Origin: Pristiophorus japonicus
Taxonomy: Eukaryota
Direction of reading: 5' to 3'
NCBI RefSeq assembly: GCF_044704955.1
Contig: NC_091984.1
Location: 147,126,001 to 147,190,000 of the forward strand
DNA length: 64,000 nt
Shown piece by piece: positions 23,971 through 36,215 of the stretch. The notes under the pieces are model-generated. The model was not told the DNA's origin. It was given only the letters and a program-made list of their open reading frames with translations, and did not search any database. The first letter of the stretch is position 1, and each line of letters opens with the position of its first letter. Position numbers and translations under genes: made by a program.

Positions 23971-26900
23971 TGAAATGGAGTATTTAAATAAACACTCGAT
24001 ACCAGGTCTGTGTTCGAAGATTTAAGCTGTCTTTATATTGCACCGGTGGGGAGGTGACCTGCTCCAGGTCTAACCTGGTCACTGTCCAACGATACATCAG
24101 TTTCAACAGCTTTTTATACACTTAAACAGACATGCTCAACCTCACCATTCTTTGGCACCATTTGATTCGTTCAAAACCCATGTGCACAGTGGCTGATTGG
24201 TTACCTATTTTTATGCCGAGCTCACGTAACATTCAAAGTTTGTCTGAAGTTTGTGGTTTGTACATTTGAAGCCGTTACTGCTCCTTAGACTAGTCGTTTA
24301 CCAACCACATCCCGTGCTTGTGCTTCGGACGTTATTTTACAGGATTCTTTGTAGCTTAAGCCTGTCTGCGGTTTATGTGTATATGCCCTTTCAGCCATTG
24401 AAGGTAGTTTGCAGCTTGCATTTTTAACCCCTTAATTCCTGAAGGTTGCAATGTCCCACTTCAGTCCCCCCTTTTGGTACTTGGGTACCCAGCCCAAGAA
24501 TACGAACCTAATTCTGCTCCATCCTGTGTCCCCTGCCCCATTCTGTGGGGGCCCGGGACGTAACCTACGTCTCAGAATATTTCAGGGTGCTCGGCTAGTA
24601 ATTTCCGCTGTTCCATAATCAACGACTTTGCTTTCCTTTTCCTGCATGCCAGAAATAACGCAATTCCACATCCCACTGCTAATCCTAACTGTATAACCAC
24701 CAGTACATGAGAAGCTATAGGAATCCATGGATGGATATCCACACTCATTCCCCAATCCCATACATGTTTCCACCACTGAGTGTCCTTTAGGGTTTCTTCG
24801 ATGTCCTTCGAATGCTTTATGGTATCTTCCAAAATCTCCTGATAATGTACTTTTACTTTCTCAGTGGCCTTTTCCAATTGTATCAAATGTTCTTCGAGAC
24901 GGGGAATGCTCTGCCAGCTGGGTATCTCGAATTGTTTCATTTCATCATTCCATTCTGGGTTGTTCAAAGTCCTCCTTTTGTGGGAATAGGTATCGATGGC
25001 CTATCTGGACCACAGCTTTGGACGTAAAACAGAAATTAAGTTGTGGGATCGCACATATGACATTACCATGCTTGTACTCATTTACCTTGGTAGGTATGCA
25101 GTACGTCCCATCATCCCGGGCTGCCACCTCAGTCCCTCCCTGACTAAGGGGGCTGATTTCCAGCGTGTAATTAACCCTCTGATTGACCCCGCATGCTGTA
25201 CGTTGCCCTCCTTCTATGGTGTGTGCAGACACTATCACATCTGAATATTGCGTGCAGCTGTCGATGTGCACCCCTTGGAAAGGGCCACTTATTTTCATCA
25301 CATGGGGAGGGGGATATCGTAAAATAAAACCCAGGATTGACCTTGTATCTCGCCAATGTTCCATACTGTCAATTGGCCCAATTAACTATCCAAATTCATT
25401 ATATCTTCCCTTTGGCAGTTACATGTTTAACTCTATTCTTACAGTGATATTTACTTGCCTATGCAAATAAATACTTAATGACACCCGTGCCCCAAGTCTC
25501 ACAGTTTGGACTGGGGTAAAACAAACATTCCCGTCGCGATGGGACAAGTCAGGTTGGTACCGTACTGGTATTCCCGGTATAAGGTGCTGACACAATATTG
25601 ATACTTCCCTCTTTATACGGATCCTGCAGGAAAATGCTGTCCTTCATGCTGCAGTTCCATGTTATCCCATCCCAATTAAACCTGCCTGCAGAGGCTGCAA
25701 GTTCTACCAGGTTGTAGAGGCAAATGTCCTGAGCTTGAGCACATCCAATTCAGCCTGGGGCTACACATGTTTTTCCTATCCACCCGGGTTACATCTCCGG
25801 TCTTCATTGTATCCTATTACATTTTCTCAGGCATGATTGGGTAATACCCTACTATCTCTAACAGGGTGGTGTCATTCTGTTCCTGTAAATGGCACTCGTG
25901 CCACCGGGTACATCTGTACCAACCTTCTGACTTGCCACAGAGTCTCAGTAAGTTGATAAGTCGAACTTGCCCTCAGATCTCGATCAGTTACCCAGAAAGG
26001 GAGCTTTCCCTCTACAATATGCTGCAGTTTACCTTGGGCTTGTTCCACTAACCAAGATCCATACATTACTTCCAGTCGTTTCATTGAAGATGATTTGTTC
26101 ACCTTCTACAATCTGGTTTACCCCCTTTTTAGCATTAAACCAGTTGCAACATATTAATCAGGCCTCACTGCCTTCTGTTATGATTCTCCCCAATAGTCTC
26201 GACACCATTCTTGTCAAGGTACGATCAAGCCCATCTCACTCCCTAAATTCAGTGCAGGTTGTACTGGCCCTCTCCCAAAATCCCTTGATCATTCTCCCAT
26301 GTAGCCACGCTGTTTTAGGCTTGCACCACCCAGGTAGTCCCACTTTGGTCAGACTCAATATTACAGGTAACACTTTGTGATGCACATCATGGTACAATAT
26401 CATCTGAGTTGAGATTACCATTAGCCCAGTTGTTGGCCCTGGAATGTGTTTATGACAGACAATTTGCCTTTCCCACAAATTGTTTATTCATTGGAGAAGG
26501 ATCCTTAGGTTGAGTTTAAAAAAAAACTCTACTGCTTTTACAACTCCTGTCCTTGCACACCTTGATATACTGGACGGTTAGAGTGGGATGATTACCATGC
26601 TCTGTAAATGTACCCTTATCCTATACCCTCGGCCATCCCTACTTCCACCATTCACAATTTGTCTCTTACTACATTGTGGGATTGGCGGGGTTTGCGAGGT
26701 ATGTCTGTGTACAGGAGGTGGATCCAGATCTGGGACCCGAGGAGATTCTTCCACGTCCGTGTCCTGTCCACTTCCCTTTGGATCATACTGTACCTGATTA
26801 GGTGGGCGTATCCCTTCTTCCTCATCCCCCTGGAGAGGACGAAACCCACTCCCCATGTTCATAACCATTTCCTCTTGTCTCAGTACCTGTTGGTGAACTG

Positions 26901-29473
26901 AAAAAATTTAATCTGGTTAATATAAAACCATTTAATTCTCCTAGTTAACCGGGCTGCATATACCATGCGACGAGCTTTATCAACAATATTATACGGTCCC
27001 TTGTTCCGGAGTTCAAAACTTCAACCCTGACATAGTTTTGTTCTATTATCTGGCCCCCCACCTCCCACTCCTGAGATTTACTCAGGGCCACATGTACTCG
27101 GTTACGGTGGTGTGGCATCCTGATCCCTCAGGCGCAATCCACGAACCCGTTTCTTCCCGATGGTCACCAACTTAAAACAAAAGAAACAGAGAATCTCTGG
27201 TGATTCTGCTTAAGAGCCTGAGGGGTTAATTTGTAATATGATCCTAAAATTCCTTCTACCCCAGGAGCAAATATTCTCTTCAAATTAAGAAAATCTCCAA
27301 TATTCAAAAGGTATTGCCCACTGAATTAAAACAGAGTTCACAGCTGCCTGTGAAAGGGTTAACTTCCTTTGTTTCGAAAGCCGACAAACACAGACACCAT
27401 CAATCAATGTCAACCTTCGTCCCACAGCTTGCAGCCTTTCCAGTTTAACCTCTCTGTGTGTCTACATTTAAAGTAAGCTTAAAATAAACATTCAGAAACA
27501 CAACTCTGCACACAATCGCATTTCATGTTTTTCTTCCCAGATACACATTGGTCAGAATTTTTTAAACGATACCAATTATTGATGTGAAATGCCTTATGTT
27601 CGAAACTAAAGTCTCTCCACACAATTTACACCAACCAGAATTTTATCGGCCAGAATAAAAGTCTGATTTTTAATAGGTTCATTAATTTCAGTAATTCCAA
27701 TCTTAAACTCTCCAATGCCACTTGGAAAAGGGGGAGGAGCCACAATCACATGAAGGAGTATGCCTTCCCAAAAACTTTAAACACAGAAAAACACCAGAAC
27801 AGTGAAGAAAAACATAATCTTCCCTTTTCTCCTTTTAATTGACTCATAACTATTCATTATTCCTTAAACCAGTTTCAATTTCTGATCCCCGTACACTCCA
27901 AGTGCACCTCTGATTACCTTTTAAATGTGGTGAGGGTTTCTGCCTCTTCCACCCTTTCAGGCAGTGAGTTATAGATCCCCACCACCCTCTGGGTGAAGAG
28001 ATCTTCTCTAATCCTCCCCCCTTATATGTTGTCATCCTGACGTGTGCTGTCACCATCACACCTTCTGTCGGTTTATTTCGTCACTTCTCAGTCAATAGTC
28101 TAGTCCGTCTACTTAATTCTCAATACGCGCTGGTCAATAAATGAGGACTTTCTCCTCTTTTTGTTTCTTTTCCGACTCCCACCACTTCCTTTGTGCCGCA
28201 GGTGCATCGTCTGGTTTCCAATTTAGTTTAATCTTTATTTCAATTAGTTTTCAATTTTTATCTGTTAGGTACAATGTCAGAGACCGCTCTAGTCCCAACT
28301 CGAGTTTCTCACTTCCCATGGGTAGATGTTGTCAGCTGTACATTCCTTAATTACTCGCCCTGAGTGAGACCGATACTTGCAACCCTATCCTCTTGGTTGT
28401 CAATGGTACGCCCCTTACTTACTCCTCACAATTGAGACCGATACTTGTAGCATTTACCAACTATCAATGGAAATAGGAGGTGGGTGGGGTGGCTTGACCC
28501 ATCCACCTCCACGGAGGTGTGTGGGGGGCCTGACCCATCCACCTCCATGGCACGAACCTGGTATTGCAGTACTTCCAGGAACGGTGCAGTGGCTCTAGGC
28601 CTTTTGGCTAAGAGCATTGGCGCAGAGTGATCCTTGATGTGTGCAAGGTTTTTGTGATTTGATTTGTGATTTGTTTGTGGCGTTTGTGATTTGACAAAGA
28701 ATTGGAAAGATTGGCTACGAATTAAAAAAAAAAAATTTACCAACTATCAATCGCAACATTAATCAAACACACTTTTATATTACCGATCGGTTTACCTGGG
28801 ATCTTCCACTGACTACTTGAAGTCTTGGCCAGACATGCAGATTCAGATCTCTCAGGCAGCTGACAACAGACAGATTTCTGCCCTTGTCCTAACTGTGCAT
28901 GGTAATTAAATTGTAATCACACCTTTGACATGGCCTCTATCCGCCGGTGTCCGCTGTCTGCTTGAGATACTGCCGACTACGCCAATTGAAGTGGAGTATT
29001 TAAAATAACCACTCGACACCAGGTCTGTGATCGAAGATTCAAGTAGTCTTTATTTTGCACTGATGGGGAGGTGACCTGCTCTGGGTCTAACCAGGTCACT
29101 GTCCAACGATACATAAGTTTCAACAGCTTTTTATACACTGAGAGGTACATGCTCAACATCACAATTCTGTGGTACCATTTGATTCGTTCAAAGCCTGCAT
29201 GCACAGTGGCTGATTGGTTACCTATTTTTATGCCTAGCTCGCCAAACATTCAAAGTTTGCCTGAAGTTTGTGGTTTGTACATTTGAAGCCGTTACTGCTC
29301 CTTAGACGAGCCGTTTACCAACCACATCCCGTGCTTGCGCTTCCGACATTAATTTTGAGGATTCTTTCTAGCTTCAGCCTGTCTGCGGTTTATGTGTACA
29401 TGTCCTCTCAGCCATTGCAGCTAGTTTGCAGGTTGCAAACCTTAATTCCTAAAGGATGCAATGTCCCACTTCA
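23971..29473 (-). mobile_element. Endogenous retrovirus-like element: LTRs, tRNA-Ser PBS, integrase tail, degraded env; gag-pol largely deleted
   Basis: LTRs at 23971-24463 and 28987-29473 (TGAA...TTCA). PBS TGGCGTAGTCGGCAGTAT at 28967-28984. PPT AAAAGGGGGGAC at 24464-24475. GPY integrase motif near 26990. Env-like ORF pieces 24572-26478 with a C-terminal TM segment. Confidence 0.9.
28469..28734 (+). mobile_element. U2 snRNA-derived poly(A) retroposon, copy 1
   Basis: 17-bp TSD ATTTACCAACTATCAAT at 28452-28468 and 28735-28751. U2 3' stem-loop IV sequence at 28557-28588, U2 5' sequence GGCCTTTTGGCTAAGA at 28598-28613, then an A-tail. Confidence 0.85.
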
Positions 29474-29660
29474 GGGACCAATAGGAAAGAGCCATGTTTC
29501 CTGGTCCTTATTGGGGGACCAACAGGAAGGAAACATGTTTCCTGGGTCCAATTGGGGGACCAATAGGAAGGAGCCATATTTCCTGGTCCCTATTGGAGGA
29601 CCAATAGAATGGAGCCATGTTTCATGGTCCCTATTGGAGGACCAGTGGGACATGGAGTCC
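29474..29660. repeat. Minisatellite, about 40-bp unit GGGACCAATAGGAAGGAGCCATGTTTCCTGGTCC...
   Basis: About 4-5 direct copies. Confidence 0.8.
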
Positions 29661-30377
29661 ATGGTAGTCATGGAGTGTGGACCCTTCCTGTTGTAAATGT
29701 GGGATTGTCGGCACCTGATCCCAGTAAAAACACCCTGCCCCGGAACAGGACCATGGAAGGGGAAGGAGACGGGAAGGGATTCGAAGATGTTCTGATCAGA
29801 CAGGATGGGGCAGCGGGTCAGACTCTGTCCTGTCGCTCCAGCTCACACTGATGGGGTGAGGATCTCCTCCCTCTGCTGGGCCTTCATGAAATGAGCTTTC
29901 TGTCCAAACCGGTCCCCACTGAGAATAGGCCCACAGCACAGAACGTCCCTTCATTGGGCAATAAACAGCCAGTGTACTGAGAGAGGCCAAGGGATGGCCA
30001 CTGTGGGGAATGGGGCCTTACTCCAGGAGAAGGCATGCTCTGGGGTCAAGGGTTAACATCCATTGGTGGGGCAGGGCACAGTGAGGTTTACTTTGCATTT
30101 CAGTGTGCTGCAGCTGGGAGTCTGTGGGGAAGGGAGAGCGAGAGGGAGGGAGAGAGACAGAGTGAGAGAGAGAGAGAAACAGGGAGAGAGAGGCTGTGAA
30201 TCAGAGATAGAGAGGTGTAGAGGGAAGCTGTGCGACAGAGGGCGATGAAGGCTGAGACAGACAGAGAGAGGGAGATGGAGGAAGAGGAACTGGTCAAGAG
30301 GTAAAGCGATATGAAGAGGGAGGGAGAGGTATGGAGAGGGAGGTGAAGAGGGAGGGAGACAGAGGAAGAGAAGAAGA

Positions 30378-30472
30378 GGAAGTGAAATGTGCTGATGTGG
30401 CTTTCTCTGTGTGAAGACATTTACATACTGAGGGATGGGCAGTGAGACTCTCACAGGCTGCAGGTTTATAAA
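30378..30472 (+). promoter_or_regulatory. Ig V promoter: ETS-IRF composite, octamer variant, TATA
   Basis: GGAAGTGAAA at 30378-30387, ATTTACAT (one mismatch to ATTTGCAT) at 30419-30426, TATAAA at 30467-30472. Confidence 0.7.
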
Positions 30473-30526
30473 GCAGAGCCCAGGGCAGTTTATCAGTAAG
30501 CAGGCACAGGGACAGGAGCAGACACC

Positions 30527-30574
30527 ATGTTTCACCCATCCGGCTGATCTGGCCTCTGGCATTCTGCATCACAG
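30527..30574 (+). pseudogene. Ig kappa-type V leader exon with apparent 1-nt deletion
   Basis: ACCATG...CAG|GTACC gives a 48-nt exon reading MFHPSG*. Adding 1 nt gives the signal peptide MxSPIRLIWPLAFCITG in phase with the V exon. Confidence 0.8.
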
Positions 30575-30761
30575 GTACCAATCTCTCTCCTTCCACGTTT
30601 AATATCTCCCTTCTGTCGATTTCTGTCCAACTCTACTGACCAGTGATTGAAGGGCAAATGCTGACACTAGAGGAGAGCTCAGTGTCTCGAGCAATCTCTC
30701 ATTTTACAGCGTCTTTCTGTGACAGTGCTTACTTCACTTTCTTTCCCCATTTCCCCCTCAG

Positions 30762-31060
30762 GTATCAGTGGGGACATCATCATGACCCAGTCTCCCCCGG
30801 TGCTGTCAGTGAGTGAGGGACAGACTGCAACCATCACCTGTACCGCCAGTGCATCCACCAGCAATTATGTTAATTGGTACCAGCAGAAAGCCGGGCAGAA
30901 ACCCACTCTGCTGATCTATGACGCAACATCTCGTTTCACTGGAACCTCCGATCGCTTCACCAGCAGTTACCAGTCCAACACGTTCACCCTGAGCATCAGC
31001 AAAGTGCAGAGCGAGGATGTCGCAGTCTATTACTGTCAGCAACGTCAAAGCTTCCCTCGA
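30762..31060 (+). CDS. IGKV: Ig light chain kappa-type (NS4/type III-like) V segment, unrearranged
   Basis: AG acceptor at 30760-30761. Open frame DIIMTQSPPVLSV...TITC...WYQQK...LLIY...EDVAVYYCQQ. Confidence 0.97.
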
Positions 31061-31088
31061 CACTGTGATACACAGCCATACAAAAACC
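31061..31088 (+). other. 12-bp-spacer recombination signal sequence
   Basis: CACTGTG, then ATACACAGCCAT (12 nt), then ACAAAAACC. Confidence 0.95.
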
Positions 31089-31126
31089 TCAATATACACA
31101 GCCCCACCTCCTGCACCGTGCTGTCG

Positions 31127-34012
31127 GCCCCCAACACTGCCCCGCTCCCACCCCCAACACCGCCCATCTCCCAGCCCCAACACTGCCCCGCTCCCACCCC
31201 CAATAGCCCCCCTCTCCCTCCCCCAACACTGCCCATCTCCTGCCCCCAACACCGCCCCTCTCCCATCCCCAACACCGCCCCTCTCCCATCCCCAACACTG
31301 CCCCTCTCCCATCCCCAAAACCGCCCCACTCCCTTCCCCAACACCGCCCCTCTCCCATCCCCAACACTGCCCCTCTCCCATCCCCAACACCCCGCTCTCC
31401 CACCCCCAACACTGCCCCTCTCCCATCCCCAACACTGCCCCTCTCCCATCCCCAACACCCCCTCTCCCATCCCTAACACCGCCCCTCTCCCATCCCCAAC
31501 ACCCCCCTCTCCCATCCCCAACACAGCCCCTCTCCCACCCCCAACACCGCCCCTCTCCCATCCCCAACACCGCCCCTCTCCCATGCCCAACGCCGCCCCT
31601 CTCCCGCCCCCAACACCGTCCCTCTCCTGCCCCCAACACCGTCCCTCTCCCGTCCCCAACACCCCCTCTCCCGCCCCCAACACCGTCCCTCTCCTGCCCC
31701 CAACACCGTCCCTCTCCTGCCCCCAACACCGTCCCTCTCCCGTCCCCAACACCCCACTCTCCCATCCCCAACACCGCCCCTCTCCCATCCCCAACACCCC
31801 ACTCTCCCATCCCCAACACCGCCCCTCTCCCACCCCCAATACTGCCCCTCTCCCATCCCCAACACCGCCCCTCTCCCATCCCCAACACAGCCCCTCTTCC
31901 CATCCCCAACACCCCCCTCACCCATCCCCAACACTGCCCCTCTCCCACCCCCAAAACTTCCCCTCTCCCATCCCCAACACCCCCTCTCCCATCCCTAACA
32001 CCGCCCCTCTCCCATCCACAACACCCCACTCTCCCATCCCCAACACCGCCCCTCTCCCACCCCCAACACCGCCCCTCTCCCATCCCCAACACCGCCCCTC
32101 TCCCATCCCCAACACAGCCCCTCTTCCCATCCCCAACACCCCCCTCACCCATCCCCAACACTGCCCCTCTCCCACCCCCAAAACTTCCCCTCTCCCATCC
32201 CCAACACCCCCTCTCCCATCCCTAACACCGCCCCTCTCCCATCCACAACACCTCCCTCTCCCATCCCCAACACCGCCCCTCTCCCACCCCCAACACCGCC
32301 CCTCTCCCATCCCTAACACCGCCCCTCTCCCATCCCCAACACCGCCCCTCTCCCATGCCCAACACCACCCCTCTCTCGCCCCCAACACCGTCCCTCTCCT
32401 GCCCCCAACACCGTCCCTCTCCTGCCCCCAACACCGTCCCTCTCCCGTCCCCAACACCCCCCTCTCCCATCCCCAACACCGCCCCTCTCCCATCCCCAAC
32501 ACAGCCCCTCTCCCATCCCCAACACCCGCCTCTCCCATCCCCAACACCACCCCTCTACCATCCCAACACGGCCCCACTCCCACGCCCAATACTGCCCTTC
32601 TCCCATCCCTAACACCGCCCCTCTCACATCCCCAACACCCCCCTCTCCCATCCCCAACACTGCCCCTCTTCCACCCCCAACACCACCCCTCTCCCATCCC
32701 CAATGCCGCCACTCTCCCATGCCCAACACCACCCCTCTACCATCCCAACACGGCCTCACTCCCATCCCCAACACCCGCCTCTCCCATCCCCAACACCACC
32801 CCTCTACCATCCCAACACGGCCCCACTCCCACGCCCAATACTGCCCTTCTCCCATCCCTAACACCGCCCCTCTCCCATGCCCAACACCACCCCTCTCCTG
32901 CCCCCAACACCGTCCCTCTCCTGCCCCCAACACCGTCCCTCTCCTGCCCCCAACACCGTCCCTCTCCCGTCCCCAACACCCCCCTCTCCCATCCCCAACA
33001 CCGCCCCTCTCCCATCCCCAACACAGCCCCTCTCCCATCCCCAACACCCGCCTCTCCCATCCCCAACACCCCACTCTCCCATCCCCAACACCGCCCCTCT
33101 CCCATCCCCAACACCCCTCCTCTCCCACCCCCAACACTGCCCCTCTCCCATCCCCAACACTGCCCCTCTCCCATCCCCAACACTGCCGCTCTCCCATCCC
33201 CAACACCCCCCTCTCCCATCCCCAACACCGCCCCACTCCCATCCCCAATACCCCCCTCTCCCATCCCCAACACTGCCGCTCTCCCATCCCCAACACCCCC
33301 CTCTCCCATCCCAACACCGCCCCTCTCCCATCCCCAACACGCCCCTCTCCCACCCCCAACACTGCCCCTCTCCCACCCCCAACACCGCCCCTCTCTCACC
33401 CCCAACACCCCCCCTCTCCCATCCCCAATACCCCCCTCTCCCATCCCCAACACTGCCGCTCTCCCATCCCCAACACCCCCCTCTCCCATCCCCAACAACC
33501 CCCTCTCCCATCCCCAACACTGCCCCTCTCCCACCCCCAACACTGCCCCTCTCCCACCCCCAACACCGCCCCTCTCTCACCCCCAACACCCCCCCTCTCC
33601 CATCCCCAACACCCACCTCTCCCATCCCCAACACCCCCCTCTCCCACCCCCAACACCCCCCTTTCCCACCCCGAACACTGCCCCTCTCCCTCCCCCAACA
33701 CCCACCTCTCCCATCCCCAACACCGCCCCTCTCTCATCCCCAACACCGCCCCTCTCCCATCCCCAACACCGCCCCTCTCCCATCCCCAACACACCCCTCT
33801 CCCATCCCGAACACTGCCCCTCTCCCATCCCCAACACCCCCCTCTCCCATCCCCAACACCGCCCCTCTCCCATCCCCAACACCCCCCTCTCCCATCCCCA
33901 ACACCCCCCTCTCCCATCCCCAACACTGCCCCTCTCCCATCCCCAACACCACCCCTCTCCCACCCCCAACACTGCCCCTCTCCCATCCCCAACACCGCCC
34001 TTCTCCCGCCCC
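31127..34012. repeat. 2.9-kb C-rich minisatellite, about 22-nt unit CCCCTCTCCCATCCCCAACACCG
   Basis: More than 100 variant copies. It explains all long Pro- or Gly-rich ORFs here. Confidence 0.97.
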
Positions 34013-35659
34013 ATTCACTTTTTTACAACAAATGAATAAATTTCAATCATTTCTCCGCTCCATCTATTCTGGCGGAAATCCGACATTTTGCTCGAATTAT
34101 CCGCCCCAAACGGTTCAGAGGACAATTTCCAGCCCATCGACCTGTATCTGAATCGCTGCCAAGCCATTCAACAATCAAAGCAGAATTAATTTGTTTACAC
34201 ATGTGTTAGTAGAAAGCTGGAATTGTCTCCCACATAAGGCAATGGATTTTCGGACAATATGGAGATTTCAAGGCGGAGATAGAGAGATTTTTGTTGGGGT
34301 AGGGTATGAAGACATAGGGAGCAATGGAGTTGAGGTTCAGATCAGCCATGATCTAATTGAATGTTGGAGAATACCCGAGGGGCTGAATGGCCCCCTTCTG
34401 ATCCTCATGTTCCTATGTTCCTGTACTAGAGAGTTTTTCCCAAACGGTGGGCGCAGGCAAAACTGGGGTTGGAAGGTTGGGGGTCAGGGGTCATACAATG
34501 AATTGGCCAATGATGACAGCCTTGTCAGTGATTGAGAGCGTGGAAGTAGTGAGGCCAGGAGAGAAGGCAAAGTATAGGGGGTGGCCCATGGTGATGGGTG
34601 GGAGTGTTTTAGGGGCAACAGGAGGTGCAGTGAAATCAGAGGAGACTGGATAAGGGGAGGTGAGATGGAGATTGAGATCAGTGAGGATGAAGAGTCACTG
34701 AGTATCGAGGCTGAAGGAGGAAAGCAGGGAGGATATGTGGGGGAGAAACCTGGGCTGGTCGGCAATAGATGGCCATTTTAAAGGGGCGAAGACTGGAACA
34801 CATGTCACAGTGGACCGCTCTGATGTCACAACAAAATGCTCTGATGTCACAACCACTTCCTCATGACGTCATTAAACAGTTTCAATCCTCAACACATGAA
34901 AAACCCAATTTGGGTCAATGCTGCTGGAAATGTCTGTGGGACACTCCCATTTCTACACCTTTTGCCACAAGTCTGTGGTGCGGAGGGCTGTCTATTAGGA
35001 AGTGCCAGCTGCTCAATCCAGCATGGCTGCCCAGGGATGTGAATGTTGCCTTGTCCGTATGGTCTGTATCTCAGGTCTGGGCCTTCACCCCCAACACCCA
35101 CCTTAAACTGACACACACAGCGGGCAGGACTTATATGGGCACATGACCCCCGCGGGACACATCACCACTGAGGGCTCATGTCCCCTGGCCTCACAATGAA
35201 AACTATGGCAACACAGAAACCGCAGGGGTGGACCAATCACAGCAAAGTGGTACAGACTGTGCATTTGTGCCTGAGAGAGCAACTACGAGAGAGTCTCAAT
35301 CTATTTAACCCTTCGAACCCTGGCTGTCATCTGAAAACTAAGCCCGAGTTGGCAGAGGCAGTGACTACATTATTCCCGCTGTTATTCTGCGTCCTGCTCA
35401 TTCATCTCAACCCCTGTGATAATGTTTCTCTGCTCAATGGTACTGCTCCCCACGGCAAATCCAACCAGAGAGATTTCTCAGCTGGGTGTGAAACATGGAG
35501 AAGCAGAGATGGGCATGGACTGTGTGGGGGCACTAAAGGACCCACTGGCTCCGACCAATAATAAAACAGTCGGTAAGGACACGGTGAAAAGGGGGGGATG
35601 GGACCAGATGATGGACCTGGGCAAGTCTGACAAGGTGGCTGTCCTGCCGGGGGTGTGAG

Positions 35660-35935
35660 AGCTGAGGAACATACCATTATTGTCCTGGTGTGGGAGGTAA
35701 GAGGAGGGGGAGAGGTGAGGAACATACAGGTGTTGTCCCGGGTGGGGGGGGGCGGGGGGGGATGAGCGGGAGAGTTGAGAAACATACAATTTTTGTCCCG
35801 GGGGGGGAACGAGCGGGAGAGTTGAGGAACATACAATTTTTGTCCCGGGGGGGGAACGAGCGGGAGAGTTGAGGAACATACAATTTTTGTCCCGGGGGGG
35901 TGGGGGAGAGGAGAGAGAGAGATGAGGAAAATACC
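35660..35935. repeat. Short minisatellite (GAGTTGAGGAACATACAATTTTTGTCCCGGGG...)
   Basis: Three close copies and several degenerate ones. Confidence 0.8.
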
Positions 35936-36215
35936 ATTAGAGAATAGGATTGACTGGCAGGAGTTCAAGCCGGGCAAACCTGACTAAGGTGGATTCATAT
36001 GCAACCGGACATTTCACACTGACAGGCTGGGTGGCAGGGAACCCAGGCACATTGATGTCATCACCATCTAAAGTGATACTGGGAACAATACCCCGAGAGG
36101 TAACTCAGAGACACTGTGCCTTGACATTATTAAAGCACAGTCACGACTCAGTCCCAACCCAAACTGGTGCAAGGCAGGAAATGGCTTTGCCATTGTCTTC
36201 CAGGAGTTAAGCCAG

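Noticed and set aside
28557-28613. Functional U2 snRNA gene
   Set aside because: The order is permuted, the branch-point recognition region and Sm site are absent, and it has a poly(A) tail and TSD.
30719-34039. 1106-aa ORF suggesting an Ig V fused to a proline-rich mucin/extensin stalk
   Set aside because: It reads through the RSS into a stop-poor minisatellite that is open in most frames on both strands, and its start lies in the leader intron.
34400-35660. Possible Penelope or Tx1-like remnants
   Set aside because: Too degraded to assign by eye.
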